A stretch of 64,000 bases of DNA from Catajapyx aquilonaris (taxonomy: Eukaryota), in the NCBI GenBank assembly GCA_000934665.2, contig JYFJ02000197.1:1-64000 (forward strand), in the 5' to 3' direction. A program made the position numbers and the translations under genes. Positions 1 through 12,907 of the stretch are shown in pieces. The notes below the pieces were generated by a model, which was not told the DNA's origin, did no database searches, and worked only from the letters and a program-made list of their open reading frames with translations. How positions within the stretch are numbered: the first letter of the stretch is position 1; each line of letters opens with the position of its first letter.

Positions 1-95
1 GATTCACTGATTCATGTAGTGATTCAGCGATTCAGACGTTGATTCAGTGATTCATTTTGGCCGCGTACGAGATTCAGACCCATTGGCGGACCCCT
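1..95. mobile_element. possible right end of a non-autonomous DNA transposon (hAT-like/MITE) with GATTCA subterminal repeats
   Basis: GATTCA at 1, 9, 21, 29, 41, 49 and 71 (20-nt period), followed by TTGGCGGACCCCT (83-95), which resembles hAT-type termini. The other end is not in the window. Confidence 0.35.
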
Positions 96-3000
96 CGTAT
101 TATTGAAGAATCTTTCACATAGAATATAGAATACATTTCCAACCAATAATCATCGTAAAATTAATAAATTCAACACTCATGCGTACAGCTTTTCAATTAT
201 TCGACTTCAATATTGCTCATGGGTGTGACCTATCATTATTTCTCTAACAAAAATCCCCCCTACACAATTTCTTTCTCTTTCTTTCCAAGCTTTTAATTAT
301 GTAAATAAGAATTCTTAAATGCGTGTCGAGTCCCATAAAGAGCTTGTTTGGGAATCAATTGCAGTCATTTTAATTTTTTTTCTCCCCTTGGGCGTGCTGT
401 GTAGGCCAACATATGTGAAGGAAGCTGCGCCTTGTTCCTAGGTAGGTTCCTGACGTAGGCTACTTCTCCCAGCAGCTCCTCCCAGCTGGGATCTTTTTCA
501 TGAGCACATTTACATGCGACCACTCTTGTACTGTGGGGATGGAAGGAGACATATTTTTGGGATCAGGTAAGTGGCCGTTAACGTGGCTGGTTGCCCTTGG
601 AAGGAATGAAACCACATGAAAACTCATTAGAAAAGAGATCGTTGAAATTAATTTTACGATCCGTGGAGAGGAGAAAAGGAGGTGAACTTACCCTCCCTGG
701 CCTCACCCCTGGACCATCTTTCTCCTCTTTCACATCCTAGATAAAGGCTGTACTACCTAAATGCTAACACTGAAAAAATACCAAGCATGGACAGTCATGT
801 AGGCGATCATCTTGTCATTGTAATTAACGTCGATTACGAACATATTGCGTCTTAATACGTGGTGGGTGTTCATATAATCAGAGTTGTTCGTTACGACGAG
901 CCAGAGCAGATCGAATAACTTCCTCGAAGTGGTGGTAACACTTACATCGCTTAAATGTGCGATCACGAATTCTATACCATTCACGGAATTAGCTTCGAAG
1001 ACGCGTGAAATCGTGTGATGTTCCGAGGCTAATGGTTATCTGGAGAATACCTGTTATTAGTCGGAGCGGCAGCAGGTGAAAAGGGATTATTACGCCAAAC
1101 TGGCGCTCTAATGGGCTTACTTCCTACAGTTTCTGGGTACGACAAGGATGTAATGGAATTTTACATCTGACTTTGTAATGTACAAAAAAAGGCCAGGCGG
1201 AGTTCATTGGACTTTTTCGGACATACACATTTTATTACGCAATATAACTTACAGGATAACGAGAAATGGGCTGTAATTTTTAGTTTTAAATCTTACGGTA
1301 GTTGTCAACCCCCTGCACACAAAATAAGCCACATGCCGTAATTAAATGCTTATGATAATGTTTTTATGCACAACACCTCCTCTTTTCTGTTTATTTTGCG
1401 AAGATTTATAGGCGAAAGCGCGAACCGTGATTAATAACAATTACACAGTATTGCATTCTGCATTCCGAGATTGTGCACATGAAAACATTTTTATGAGGTG
1501 AATGTAAATCGCAAAATATATCTGCACACAATCACAGTCCTTGAGCAACGAACGTAATATATCAGGTCAATTTACTGTAAATATCTATTCCTCCCATGCG
1601 TTACTAATATTCTATTAGAAACAACGCCCCATTAGCGACGCTCGCTAATAGATCGTGAGGTAATAATCGGCCATAAAAATCCGCAAACTCGTATTCTTAA
1701 TTCCTCAGCTGCAATGAGGGTGTTATGCTCTTCCTCGTCTAACATACTGCAACAGGAAAGGATTGGCCAGTCCTAATTGCGAAGGTTAAAAAAAATCATG
1801 GTACACATAAATTCTTAAAAATTAGTCTGTTCGCTTCTGATGAGGCACCATACTAATAAGACTGACCTCAATCATGTGGTTGTTGCACCACGTTGAAAAC
1901 CAACGTTCTTTATCAAATACTCGAGAGTGTAGGTCGGCATTTACGACCCCCCACTCTTTAATAACGAATACACCTCTGAACGGTATTTTATTTTTTTGTG
2001 TACTCTGAATTACAGTACAGGCCATAGGGATTGGGGAATGAACCCGTGATGATATCTGAGGACCAAAGAATGGGTTTCCTGATGCCGTGGTGCGTGCGCC
2101 GGGCAATGAAAACGTTCTAATTGTCCCATGATGGCAGAGGGATCCACATGTCCGATAACCTCTGCTGTTTTCTTTGTACTGATTGGCCGTACCGAAGGGG
2201 AAGAACATGGCGGGGCTAAGGGAGGAGCGAGAGTTGGCTTTTTGAAACATAATTTTGATTCAAAGGGGGTTTGCCCCTTGCAAAGGTCAGGGCGAGGGTT
2301 CCACCCACGCCGCGTCTAATATGGCGGCCGGAAGTAGGCCTTGCCTGTATACAAAATGGATACAGGAAGTACCGAACGTGACTCCAAAAACGGGTATTAT
2401 CCAGCTGAAATTAAACGAGCAACACCACCTGAGGATGGCACTACGGAGATGTGTACTTAAAACAAGATAGAAGTTGAACTACAGTATTAGAGGGTGCGGT
2501 TCTAGCTTGTACTAGGGCGGGAATCAAGCGTTTCGGGCAACCTTTCCGATTCTACAACACTTCACTCAGATTTATTGGAAAACATAAAATCAAGCGTCGT
2601 GACCTCCTAACATGTACCTGATTGGGCGAAACGGTTGTGCTGATGTTGTGTGGTTGGGTGTGAGGTAAAGAAGAAGAAAAAAAGATCAATGGTACAGGTG
2701 AAATTCCTGTCTTCACAAGGAAATTACCTAGTTGACTGGACGTATATGCACAGACACTTTTTGAACGCCCCGTAAACCAGTAGCAACTGTTCAATTTTAG
2801 CCATCAAAATTGGAGGTAATTAAGCCGACATAAGCAGAGAACTTTGAAATTGTTGTGCAATCCAACAGACAAATACAGCAACCTCCAAATAAGGTTGTTA
2901 GGGATAATTTACAACCGTTACGGTACGTCAGTTCTTTGGGAACAATTGCAATGCGACGTCGTGAGTTATTTGAGTCAGGGCACAATGGGAAATGGGATTT

Positions 3001-5557
3001 GGAACTTGAAAAATTTTCAAGACAGCTGAAGGTTCTGCGGCTCGGTCCTGCGTTTTTTTTATGCGGGATGAATCTTGGCACCGAACAAATGGGGGTGGCT
3101 TGTAGGAGAGGTCGGAAATTAGGGTTGGGAAGATGCGTTTAAGAAATGCCAGAATTGAAGATGACGTGTAGTGTGTCACACACTAATACAAAAATATGGC
3201 CACATTCGAGCAATTTCTTCCAAAATGCGACCCACCCAGAAATTGGACTGGGGGTAAAAACCCGCGGCTTCTTCGGGCCCTGTGTATTTTGTGCAGAGTT
3301 CATTACCATTTACCAAGCCACTCCACCTCCCAAGGCCCGCATAAATCACGGCCCGTGTGCAGACAAAGAGAGCAAGGAGGGGTTGTATAATATGGTTGCT
3401 GGGGGCTGCTGGTAATCAGAGCATTCAAGGCCTGGTGACAAATGGTGTCGGTCACATTTTACATCCAGACTGATGCACGACTGGCTTCCGACTTGTATTC
3501 AGACCTTGCCAATGGAAGAAGGCTGGTACAAAAGTAGGTCCAGGCTCATTTTGCAATGAGTATTGTTGTAATGACTTGAGATCAGGCTCCACCCAGAACA
3601 ACAGTATTGCTACTGGAGAAAAATGGGTGACCTCAAAGGTCATGTGGAAGAACGTCCATTAGTCATTCTTTGGTTATCGTCTGTCACCTGAGGTTAAGTA
3701 ACAATTCGGGCTGTGTCTGACGCTTCACACCCAATGAAAAAAAAAATCTGCACCTTCAGCAAACAGGTCCGCTTCAATTAAAATGCAGCCTGCATTTTCT
3801 GAAAATGGAAATTGGCGACGGAAATTCTTTAGAGATGATTTCTCTCACACCCCCCGTCTCCCCTAACCCAACAGCCATGCTAGGAATGGCGGCCCCGAAT
3901 GTGGGTGTTGCAAACAATAGGCGTAAGAACTTGTAGGTCACAGACACGATCTGAGAGAGTTTCTCCCCGAGAGATCTGGACACATTCCCATGACCTCCCG
4001 CTGGTTGGTGATGCCAAACTTGTGTATGTGCACGCGCGTACCCTAGTCCATACCACCGAAGAAACTGGGCAAAAAGAAGGTGTAGCACGCGCGCTCTCCC
4101 TATACCTTTCCCAACTATTGGCCACGGATTTATGCAAGATATTAAAAAAGCAGGCGTGGTTCATTTGCTTAAGAACTGGGCGGGAAAGATTTTTTCCCCC
4201 CCTCTGATTCTTTTAACCCGTAACCCTATGAGGTTGGCCAAGGAAGCTAATATGGTGGTCGATTCTTCACGTTCAGACTTCGCCCCGAAGAGAATTTTTG
4301 TTATATGCACGACCGTGTGAACCAAATCGATTCTTGTCGAGTGTGAGTGTGTGAGAGAGGGGAGAAAATGAGAGAGTGATGCGGGGGTGAGGGGAGAGAG
4401 AGATGGGGTGAAAAAGAAGGGAAGAGATGAAGCCTGGAAGAAGGTGTGAAGGGTGAGATCAATGCACTCACGCCCACAAGCAAAAAGGCCTGGGGTTGCC
4501 CAATTGATTCCAACACGCTTCCCTGAAGCCTGACTGGGGTAATTATTTTACTGGCTCCCAGGCATACGAGCGATATAAATGCTCGGGACATGCTGGGTTG
4601 GTACCGGAAGATGGGCGTTACCAGGCATCGAACTCGGTACCTCTGAGGTGGTATGCGGCCTGCACTGCTGTCGCCCGAAGTGTCCGCGTAATTAACCTCC
4701 CACACTGATGATTATTTACATTGATTACAGATCCAATGTATTCTCAAGAGTGTCCACCAACAGCGGCCTATTACAGCGCCATCCACGTGGCAAATAGAAA
4801 ACAATTTTTACATTGTCCCCTGGAGAAATTCTATGATGAGAGTATCAATCTCCACCTCCAATGATGAATCTACTAAATAAATTATCCTCTATAATACCAT
4901 GCACAATTCTCATTTGGTCCCTTCCATCCTAAGACGATGACAACTGTTGCAGTGTTATACCTACTGCCCATAGGTTTCTCGCATGTGACAAATCCGTGCG
5001 TCTCGAGAGGAAGAAACTGGTGGGCCAGTTCCAAATAAGGAGTGATTTAAGGAGACCGCAGGATACTGACCCTCTCCAGAGTCTCCGCGATGCTCTGTTA
5101 GTGTACCTAATGCGCCCCTTTGTCACGGATGGGCCATATATCAAAGGAGGATGTCAGTGCGTAACTGAACTTGTGCTAACAGGACGCGAAACCGAATAGG
5201 CGAGGAGAACATTTTAAAGACCGTTATATGTACTCGGGAAATACGCGGAGATGGTTGGTCGTAATTATAGTGCGTCCTGTCAGGACACCTATTTGCATGT
5301 GCGCAACCGATTTGTTTTGCATATGCCAATAGTGTCATACGTGGACTTTCAAACTTTGTCATGGCATGAACAAACGGTGCATGGACCTTTTCAGGTCAAA
5401 CTATGTTACAACTACATATTGAATGTGATCATTCTGACTGATTATGCGATTTCACCAAATACAAATATCGACCTTAATTATTTTAAAATGAAATTATCTC
5501 CATAATCATATCCAGAAAGAAGAAACCTTGTCGAGTGTTCATGGGGCGAGCGTGCTG

Positions 5558-5580
5558 GTGTGTGAGTGTGTGTGTGTGTG
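5558..5580. repeat. (GT)n microsatellite, one interruption
   Basis: gtgtgtgagtgtgtgtgtgtgtg. Confidence 0.85.
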
Positions 5581-8500
5581 GCCTCTTGCTCGTCTGCTTA
5601 GGATTCGTATGGGAGAATGTGGGAGGAGTCGCTCGGGACTCAATCTCTTATTAAAGGCAGCAGTTGGGGACGTAAGGCCCCCACTTTGATGAATGCCCGG
5701 CGCATTAAGGAAGAAAAGGATCGGGTGCGCAAAATGTGATCGTGACCCACGTGCGCTTACTTAATTACAGGGGTCTCTAAACAGTCCTCTTTCTTAGAGA
5801 TTCCGGTAGCGTTGGGGCCAAAAAGCCAGGACCGGCCAATGAATGGGTGCCAGGGATTTGCTTTGACACATGCAGTCCTGACCTGTCGTCACCGTGACCT
5901 CAAAGACCTGGAAAAGGTCTCTCTGATTTATACGGATCTTAGGCATTAACGCCATTCTGTTTGGGGGGGAAAGTGGTCAGGGTTTACTGCCGGTTCTGGC
6001 AGCAGGTTAGTGGGACTATTGGACTGCACTTGTCGAGATGTGCAAGTTGCACATATTTGCGAAGGGTAATGGATATGGGGTCTGGGTAGGTGGCAAGTGA
6101 GGGATGTAAATTGGAGAAGGGTTAGTTCGTGCGAGAACCATTGGAGAAGGTTTTTTTTAAAGGAACAATAAAGATGAATATTGCAGAGTCTAAAGTCTTC
6201 ACAGCGCCCCAGAAAAGACTCCGATTTATGGCATCGAGCCCTCTCACTTGACCGCGGCTAAAGAAATATGGCAGACTGATTGAGTCACGCGAATTTTTTT
6301 ACTGATTATTTACTACCAGCAGCATAGTTTATCTGATTTACCACGTCATATTTGACACGAAGCATATAATGAAAACATCCCTATTTTCCAGGAACTACGA
6401 CTACATCGAACTAGTGCAAATATGACTTGTTGACATTTTTTTTTTGCTGCTACAAAGCAGGAATTGCACAAATCAGGCCTTGAGCTGAAACTTTCAAGCA
6501 ATCTTCAGTTGCGACAGGTGAGCTCTTGTGAATACAAAAGCACCTGGAATTTCAAACAATGCGAGTCCCTGTATAGCTGGCGCATGAGAAGACGATTATC
6601 ATCTCAGGGACATTTGCCTCAATTAGCCTCACCCAGGAGGTCTAACAGGGGTAAACAAGAGACTGCGTTTGCTTTGCTTGTGAAGGTGGGTGGTGTCTTA
6701 AGTGGAACACCTGTGAGATGTGCGGAGGCGAAAATGTAACGGATGACTCTACAGCAGACAAGGGAGGTTTGATCCGAAGACATGACAACATCCTTTACCT
6801 GGATATCTACCTCCAATTGTCACCAGAGACATGTGCGCTAAACAACACTATTAGCACCTGCTTTCTCAATGACTCATGATTGTGCAGTAATGTTTTATGT
6901 TACTTTATTTCCACAGACGACTATACTCTTCTTGCAACCAAATGTTGGTAAATCATAACACCTTTCCGTACACATGGCAAGTAGACGTGCCATCTAATTA
7001 TTTACAAGTTTTCCGTATCCAAATATGGTACACTCTGCAGGTGAAAAAGGAAAACGTACAGCTCCGTTCCAGCAGCTTACCAGTTGTTGTGTTTCTCTAC
7101 ACAGTCATTTCTGGGTATTCAGAGGCCCAACTTACGGTCGCTGAGCTGAGGATGATGGAGTAAAAAGCGTAGAAGTAATGGCAGAACCTTTGTGGAAAAG
7201 CAGGACACGTAAAATATTAATGGTATTCAGCAACTGTGAGACGAATGCGACGATTATTCAGCTTGGCTGACCCTTTTTATAGCAGGTTCTCGTAAAAAAA
7301 ATATTAAGAGCTAGACGATGACAAGATTTTTAATCTGCGAAGCATTTTCAGAACTGGAATAATCTCCGTGGGAATGCGAGTAAGGCACATAATCATTACA
7401 CTTTACGTATGTATAGACAGACCATATTTTTATAATCATTTTATCATCACTATTTTTATAAAATAATAATACACTAATAATATGTACAGTATATGCGTCA
7501 CCTGGCCAAATATTGTTTTTTGACGTGGCGGAGAAGAGCAAAAAGATCTCATTCCCACGTGAGAATTGCACTTGAGAGCTTGTAAATTGAGCATTTCCCA
7601 CATGCTGGCACTGTTACATTTGATTGGTGTAAAGGCCTGCTGTTAGCATCCTCACGAATTAGAGTGTCCGTCCCATTTGATTCCGGAAAACCCTACAGCC
7701 TGATGAAAGACCCGACGTGAAATCCATGTTATCCACCTGTAAAACGTCATTCATTAAGGCGAATCGCACTAGTCCATTAGAGCCGACTTTTCAAACAGAG
7801 AGATACAGAGAGAGTCCCGATGGCCAAAACGCATTTGCTGAGTTTCCCATGCCAACTCCGCCCTGGCGCTAAAACTCCATTCATTAAAGGATCATCATGA
7901 CGAAAGGAATGCTGCTCTGCACTCCATTTCTCGTGAGACACATTTTTTATCATCCTCTCCCGGTTTTGGAAGAAGAAAATTAGAATCGGCCTACTAATTT
8001 GGCTGAAAATAATGGTCAATCCGAATCGACTCACGCAATTCTTGGCCATTAGTGAATTTGAAATTATTTTAAAAATTTAAATTTGTTGCCTTTATATCAG
8101 ACTGCTATGAGGTGATGTATTGCTTCAAGCACACGGCTCGCATGACCGGTTTATTACATAAGGTTGTAAATGCTGTGTGCTACCGTATATTTTATAAGAT
8201 GCATGCTCATTAGGTCTAGATTATTCCTGGTGCGTGCAGATGCCCATCAATGTGAATGTAACTCCGATGCAGGCTTCCAATTCCAATTGGTCGGTAAGAC
8301 ATTCCGTGGCATTCCAGACTCTTCAACATCAGTATGCAAAGACGGATGCTACCAGGAAGTGACTCCTCGGTTCGGGTACAGCCTAGCTCGTACATACCAT
8401 TTATTCTCTCTCTTTTTTTATTACATCACATAATCGTGGTGGGGGGTGTTAAGAGGCAGAGGGGGAGGCAACATCTCTTGGAATTGACGTCTGAACAGTT

Positions 8501-11500
8501 TGCAGGCGCCACTAGAAAGAGCCATTCAGATTGCAGCCGCCAATCGGATCCGTGACCTCGTTGCGAAAAGACGGCGGCCATGGCTTGTCAATACCACAAT
8601 GCTCGCAAGGATCACCTTTGACACGGATGGCCTTTTTAAGCCACCCCCACAATCCGCAGTGCCAATCGGGCTTTGTTGGAGCAGCAGGTGGCACATCCTA
8701 TTTTGATCACATATCCTATTACGATAAAATAAAATACAAAATTATTCGCTGCATTATGTAACACTTTTCCAGGTTTAAAATGAGATAAAGGAACAAATTG
8801 CCTCAGAACTGTTTTAATTTCATGTGATTCACGCGGTGATGTCGTGAGTTGAAAACTCAAGCAAGATAAGTCTGATTTGCTGTCCTGAAATGGGCATGTG
8901 TTGAGGGGGAGAAATGTAAGTCCCACTTTATAAATTGGCCCCAAAGGAACATATGTGGTGGTCAGCTTGCTTTCACTGACCTCTAGTGGAATCCGAAAAG
9001 TGACCCACACGACACCCTATCTACCATCGCTGGGAATGACCCCACGCCGGACAGGTCTTCTCTAGGAGGGGTGACCTTTGCTACTTGCTCGAGTTAAAAC
9101 TTGTGTTGCAAGTCATTTTGTTCAGAGTCACGACACTCGGGAAAGTGGCGAAATTGACATATGTTTATACCATGTACTGCGTGGCCTTGTGATATTTTGC
9201 AGTGATTAAACAGGTTGCATTTTATAAACTGAATATTAATATCAAAGAGGCGAAGAAAAGGCGGCATTAAGATACATGGTATCACACATGCTGGGAGAGA
9301 AACCCAAATCGGCTGGCTCCTCAGATAAAACCGGTTTAGGTGTTTCGGTTTTAAAACGTTTTAAAACAACACCTCTCATAAGCCGTAAATGCGGATAACA
9401 CTGCCGGATAATTGCGCGGAGTGAATTTCCAAGTACCTTTGCAACATCTTATAACTTGGGAACATGTTCAGTTGGGGTCCTCCCGGACTAAATTTATTGC
9501 GCCAGACTCGCTATCAGTCAACAGCATCGTATATGTCCACCCATCTTTTCAACAAATTATACACGTGGCCTAGAATGGCTACCTGACACGATTCACCTAC
9601 TAACTGGAGGCATTAATCCAATATGAGAGGAGAGTGGTCATTTGTCTAGAGCAGAGCAAGCAGTGCAATCTGGCTCGCGACCCCAAGGGTCTGTTGGTCA
9701 CCTCCTAACCTTTGGTCTTAGGAAGAGATGGCCTTACCTTACCGGTTCGGCTTGACTTTTCTCATTATATAAGTGCATGGTCTTGCTATCGTTTTGAATC
9801 CAAATTGTTGGACGATTCATGCTACTGAGCCTTTTTCCTCTAATTAGGAATCGAGGAGGTGGAGAGTATGACCTGGAACCACTAATGCATTAACCTGGTT
9901 AAAATTACATATTGAATTATGCTGAAATGTGTGATGTACAACATTGACAATAGGAATGTAGCGCCAATTTTATTTTGGAAAATTTGATCAATATGGTACG
10001 TTTTCAGATATTAGGATTATCATCAAATCCAGATTAGGCAATGTAAAGGTAGACCTCGTTTATGTGACGTCACTTTGTACTTTCTCTACCCAAGACCTTT
10101 GGAATCATTTCCCTCTCTGGCGGCGACAGCCGTGGATAATGCGATCAGCCTGCATTTTATTCAATAGCTTACGTCATTATGTCAAGATGATAAAAATCAG
10201 GCTGCTTATAGCTAGCCTGGTATAGAGAAAAAGGTTAGTCAAGCTCCTTGATAGATCGTAGATGTAATTAACTACATTTTGTGCCAATTAATTATTTCTT
10301 TGTATTCTGGAATGCGTTTTAACAACTCCATATTATTCAGTCACTATATTTTATGTGCTGTTAAAAATCGCACTGCTGCAGAGCCATTACTCACTTGCAG
10401 CAGTATTGACTTTGATGTTGCTTGACCGCTGAGTGTGCTTTCTTTCTCACTTGAGTTTCTGGTAGGTGGGATGACACCCTTCAATTACGAATACAGTCAA
10501 GATAAAGTAGCAGTGCACGAGTGTGTCAAAGGCCAACTCATCCCCTATGGGATCGGTTTATCAGATCACACCCTGCACTTAACCGGCCATTTTTCCATCC
10601 CCCGTGCTTGAAGGTGCGGCACCGGGTCTCCCACCAGCAGTGATCCATCCAGCAGGCAGGGTGGGTCCATCAAGAGCCAAGAAGCAACCCTTAGGCAGAT
10701 CCCATTCGCACCCGTTGGTGAATTTCAACCTAAATTTTTGTTTGAAATTCCCACCTTTCTTATACCTGGGCTCACCCACCAACAGGTGTCAAACAACCAA
10801 CCCCTGCCGAGGCCGTTCTCACGCTCCAGGACAACCGTGAAAAACGGCCATAATTGCTTAAGTACACACAACCGTCCACGCATATGACGCTGCGTGTGCG
10901 GTATGCACATGTATGCCCCAACAGGTGAGTCCAAAATTGCGACTACTCCACATTGTTGGCCTAATGGGCAGCTCTAAGGGGCCAAATGATGTTTGCATTT
11001 GCCGGCCAGCAAAAAGTGCCGACGGGACACCTGAGCCACTATAATTATGTGTTACGAGTCGTTCATTAATGTTGTCAAAAAGTCTCTCTTGCAGGCGCCT
11101 GATTTTCCGTACCTCCTAACGAGAAAGTCATGGGGGGAGGGAGAATAAATTGCCTGTCTTTTGGATATAAACGAAGTTCCCATTTGCGTCAAGTTATGAC
11201 AAGAAGATCGCGATAATGGCTCAACTAATAAATCATTTTTCAAGATGGCCGTCCACGCGGTGATGAGAATGTGGATGGGGAGTATGTGCAGAAGTATATA
11301 GGGGGAAGATATATACCATTTAAGGCCAAGGATTTCAAAGAGAGCATGTAAGAAGAAGTGTCCCAGTTTGAACATCTATCACAAGAATGGAAGCTTCATC
11401 CTCTCTCTTATTAGCCAGGAAAAAGTCAAGTCAAACCTACATCTAATTACCTTTTCTTCTACAAGGCGACATGTAATCCTAACGTTATATGAACGCGATC

Positions 11501-12810
11501 AATCTCGCTTGACAAATGAGCGCTTCTTTTTTTATTATTTATTTTTTTACCTTCTTCTCATCCAACGGTAGTAATTGGCTCCTGCAAAGTAGGTCTGGGC
11601 TATGGCGTGGTGAAATATGTGCATTAGAAAGATTTTTTGGGGATGACTGGGCTTGTGGCAACTCATTTCAAACGGCAACAAGATGAGCGGCAATCAAGCC
11701 CTATGCCAGCCATATCCCCCAGAAATGGGATCGAGAGGCTGCTCAGCACCTGGCCTCAGAGTTGGAGAAAGGTAGATTGCAATTAAGAGGGTCAAAGAGT
11801 GACATTTGTATGAAGTGAAGAAAAATGAGCATTTCTGCAGGACAAAAATGGGCGTTACCTTGCAAATTGGTGACAAGTGTGTAATTGTTGGCTTAAAATT
11901 TATTGTGTTCATCAATATTTTTAGCTTTTGCTGCTGAAAGAACAGTTGACTCATCACACTCAACAGTGTACCACACTATTTGCTTAAAGTTTGCTTAAGT
12001 TGTTCCAAAAGACCATCTCATATGCTGACATACAGACAAAGCTCAACCGGATATGATGGCTTCGCAATATCCGTCAAGCCTGACAAGCTAATGACGTAAC
12101 AGCATTCCAATCCTGAACATTAGTCTCACATTGCCAATCATACAACTATCGCTCATTTTTCAGCACAAAAAAATCTGCGGCCACCCCCTGTAGGTAGTTC
12201 CAAAAATGGGCTCGTATTCCCTATAGCAAGGTATGGGCATCATTCTGACCGTGCTTGGCTTTCTCCGACGGTTCATCAGGTCAAAAGAAGGCATCCTGTA
12301 CCGCGAATGCCTTGAGGTCTGAAACTGGTCAGACTCGTGATTGATTTGGAATCCGGAGTGTTTTTCGTGTGTGCTCTCGGTGTATCACTGATCAAATATG
12401 GCGTCGTGAGAAGAGCCCAAATATCACGGTTGGGGGAAGGGTTGGCCCCGGCTTGCTCCTTATTCAAGTAGTTTGTTGCATTCCAAACAAGTGCCCCAGG
12501 TAGTCAGGCATTGTAAGCTAACTAGGCGCCCTGACCTGCACCTAGAAAATTATTACCTACTACCCCGAGCGGCCCCCAGGTCGGGATTTGGAAAGAGGGA
12601 TATGCAAGTCGGGAAAGGAACGAAAAGAAAAGCGGATTATATCGTTGCATCGGAACTCGCACACCCAACGAAACCACCTATTAGCATTCCGCCTCTGTTC
12701 TCGTATTCCGCCTCCTATTAGTTCCCCTCCGTGAAGAAACATTGTGAGAGGTGTTTCATTTTCAATCTAAAAATCTAAAAAAATAATTGCATGGCAACAT
12801 TGCTGGTTTC

Positions 12811-12907
12811 AGCCAACCGTTGGCAGCAGTTATTTGCTGTAGCCAATGGGAGGAAGCAGCACGTAGCTCCAGCCAATGGAGAGCAGCAGTCCGTAGCTGC
12901 AGCCAAT
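12811..12907 (+). repeat. degenerate 30-bp tandem repeat, ~3.2 copies, each starting AGCCAA(T)
   Basis: Units start at 12811, 12841, 12871 and 12901 and share AGCCAA...AGCAG...GCT. Confidence 0.85.

Noticed and set aside
12811..12907. CRISPR-like repeat-spacer interpretation of the 30-bp array
   Set aside because: Eukaryotic context, units similar along their whole length, and no cas genes.
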